Assembly (NCBI GenBank): GCA_013239625.1
Contig: MU053792.1
Coordinates: 259,618-281,645, forward strand
Reading direction: 5' to 3'
Length of the DNA: 22,028 nt
From: Lama guanicoe
Lineage: Eukaryota
Shown one piece after another: positions 20,877 through 22,028 of this stretch. A model generated the notes under the pieces. That model saw only the letters and a program-made list of their open reading frames with translations, was not told where the DNA came from and searched no databases. Each line of letters starts with the position of its first letter. Within the stretch, counting starts at the first letter, position 1. The translations under genes and the position numbers were made by a program.

Positions 20877-21459
20877 CTGACAAAATATATTGTGGTATCC
20901 AGAGAATATTTTTTTTAAATGACTAAAATTGGAATTCTTATTTTCCCTTTGAATTCTATGTTCAGATTTGACCAGAATCAGTTTGGCTATAGCTGGAAGC
21001 AATTAAGAATATGAAGGAAGAATTAAAACCCTGAGAAATCGTTTTTATCTCTGATTGCAGAAGAGTTAAATTGTGAATTGGCCACAAGAGAGATCTTGTC
21101 ATGATGACTTACGAATTACAGAAACAGTTTTAGTTTGGGAAATACACCTCATTAGTCCTAGATTTTACTCAATGGTTTTCCAAGTAACCAAATATCACAC
21201 TTATACTAAAGTGAAGCTCTTGATATTTCTTTCAATAAAAAAAATACAAGCACATTACTTTGATTATAACTGAAAGATAAATTAGCATTAAGCCATAACT
21301 TCATTATAGGTTAGAATGAAGTAGCATTTTCCATGGCTGTAAAAACATGTGTATTTGCAAAACAGAAAATATATATGAAAGCAAAATATTTGAAAGAAAA
21401 GTATAAGGTAAATAATACAAAGCTTTAAAAAAATTGCCTGGTAATTCAGCAAAAGCTTT

Positions 21460-21830
21460 ATTTTAGCCCACTATTTTCCTGGTACCTCATTAGATTCTGA
21501 AGCTCTGCCAGTGAATAAGACATTGTTTCTTCCTTTAAGAAATTTAAAACATCATAGTATATACCGGTGAACATAATTTATAAACAGACAGAGTTAGATG
21601 ATGCTATGAAAGAAGAATAAAAGACCATTTATTTCATTCTTGGGAGTTTAGGAAGACAGTCTAGATTTGGCAGCTACATCAAGTCTAGATGAAATGTAGA
21701 AGCTAGCTAGAGATATGTAGGAGGGTATTCTTGCAAAGGATACAAGGTATAAAAAACAAATACATTGCATATGAAAAGAGTAACAAGTTTACAAGAAACT
21801 GCAACTAAAATTCATCCACTGGAGTTAAAT
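21460..21830 (-). mobile_element. Degenerate L2 fragment
   Basis: cagtgaataagaca...; ggagggtattcttgcaaagga; gaaactgcaa...ctggagt, which are typical antisense L2 3'-region motifs. Confidence 0.5.
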
Positions 21831-21844
21831 CAAGAAAAAAAAAA

Positions 21845-22028
21845 CATGTCTTGGCTATTTTAAATAGTGCTGCTATGAACACTGGGGTGCAGGTGTCATC
21901 CTGAAGTAGGGTTCCTTCTGGATATATGTCCAGGAGCAGATGACTGGGTCATATGGCAAGTCGATTCCTAGTCTTTTGAGGAATCTCCATACTGTTTTCC
22001 TCAGTGGCTGCACCAAACTGCATTCCCA
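21845..22028 (-). mobile_element. Young L1 ORF2 C-terminal fragment running off the window
   Basis: Closely matches 2237-2404 (gtcttggcta...tgaagtagggttccttctgg...tggctgcaccaaactgcattccca). Confidence 0.92.

Noticed and set aside
1..22028. Prokaryotic-type systems (CRISPR array, operon, retron or defence RT)
   Set aside because: The DNA is mammalian and has no regularly spaced repeats. The RT sequences are ordinary L1 and retroviral remnants.

Overview
Mammalian, repeat-dense DNA with no intact cellular protein-coding gene that I can identify. It is probably camelid, inferred from a Vic-1-like tRNA SINE and the style of the L1 3' ends. From left to right: (1) an old minus-strand L1 interrupted by a composite insertion made of an L1 3' end, a full-length U6 snRNA retrocopy and a 1.56-kb younger L1, all inside one ~37-bp duplication; (2) an L2 carrying a SINE; (3) a MER41-like solo LTR with two tandem STAT GAS motifs; (4) an L1MC-type 3' end; (5) a twin-primed, 5'-inverted L1 into which a class I (gamma-like) endogenous retrovirus integrated; (6) unique sequence with candidate minus-strand exons, an MLT1 fragment, (CA)n, L2 and another young L1 piece. 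The provirus (minus strand, 11436-17263) keeps its 3' LTR, PPT, a disabled EnvV-like env and a disabled pol. It lacks gag, PBS and the 5' LTR beyond an L1 junction that has no TSD. The most interesting observation is an intact 41-codon hydrophobic ORF between the pol stop and the env ATG, a candidate Vpu-like accessory microprotein. All repeat family names come from recall of consensus sequences and need RepeatMasker/Dfam confirmation.
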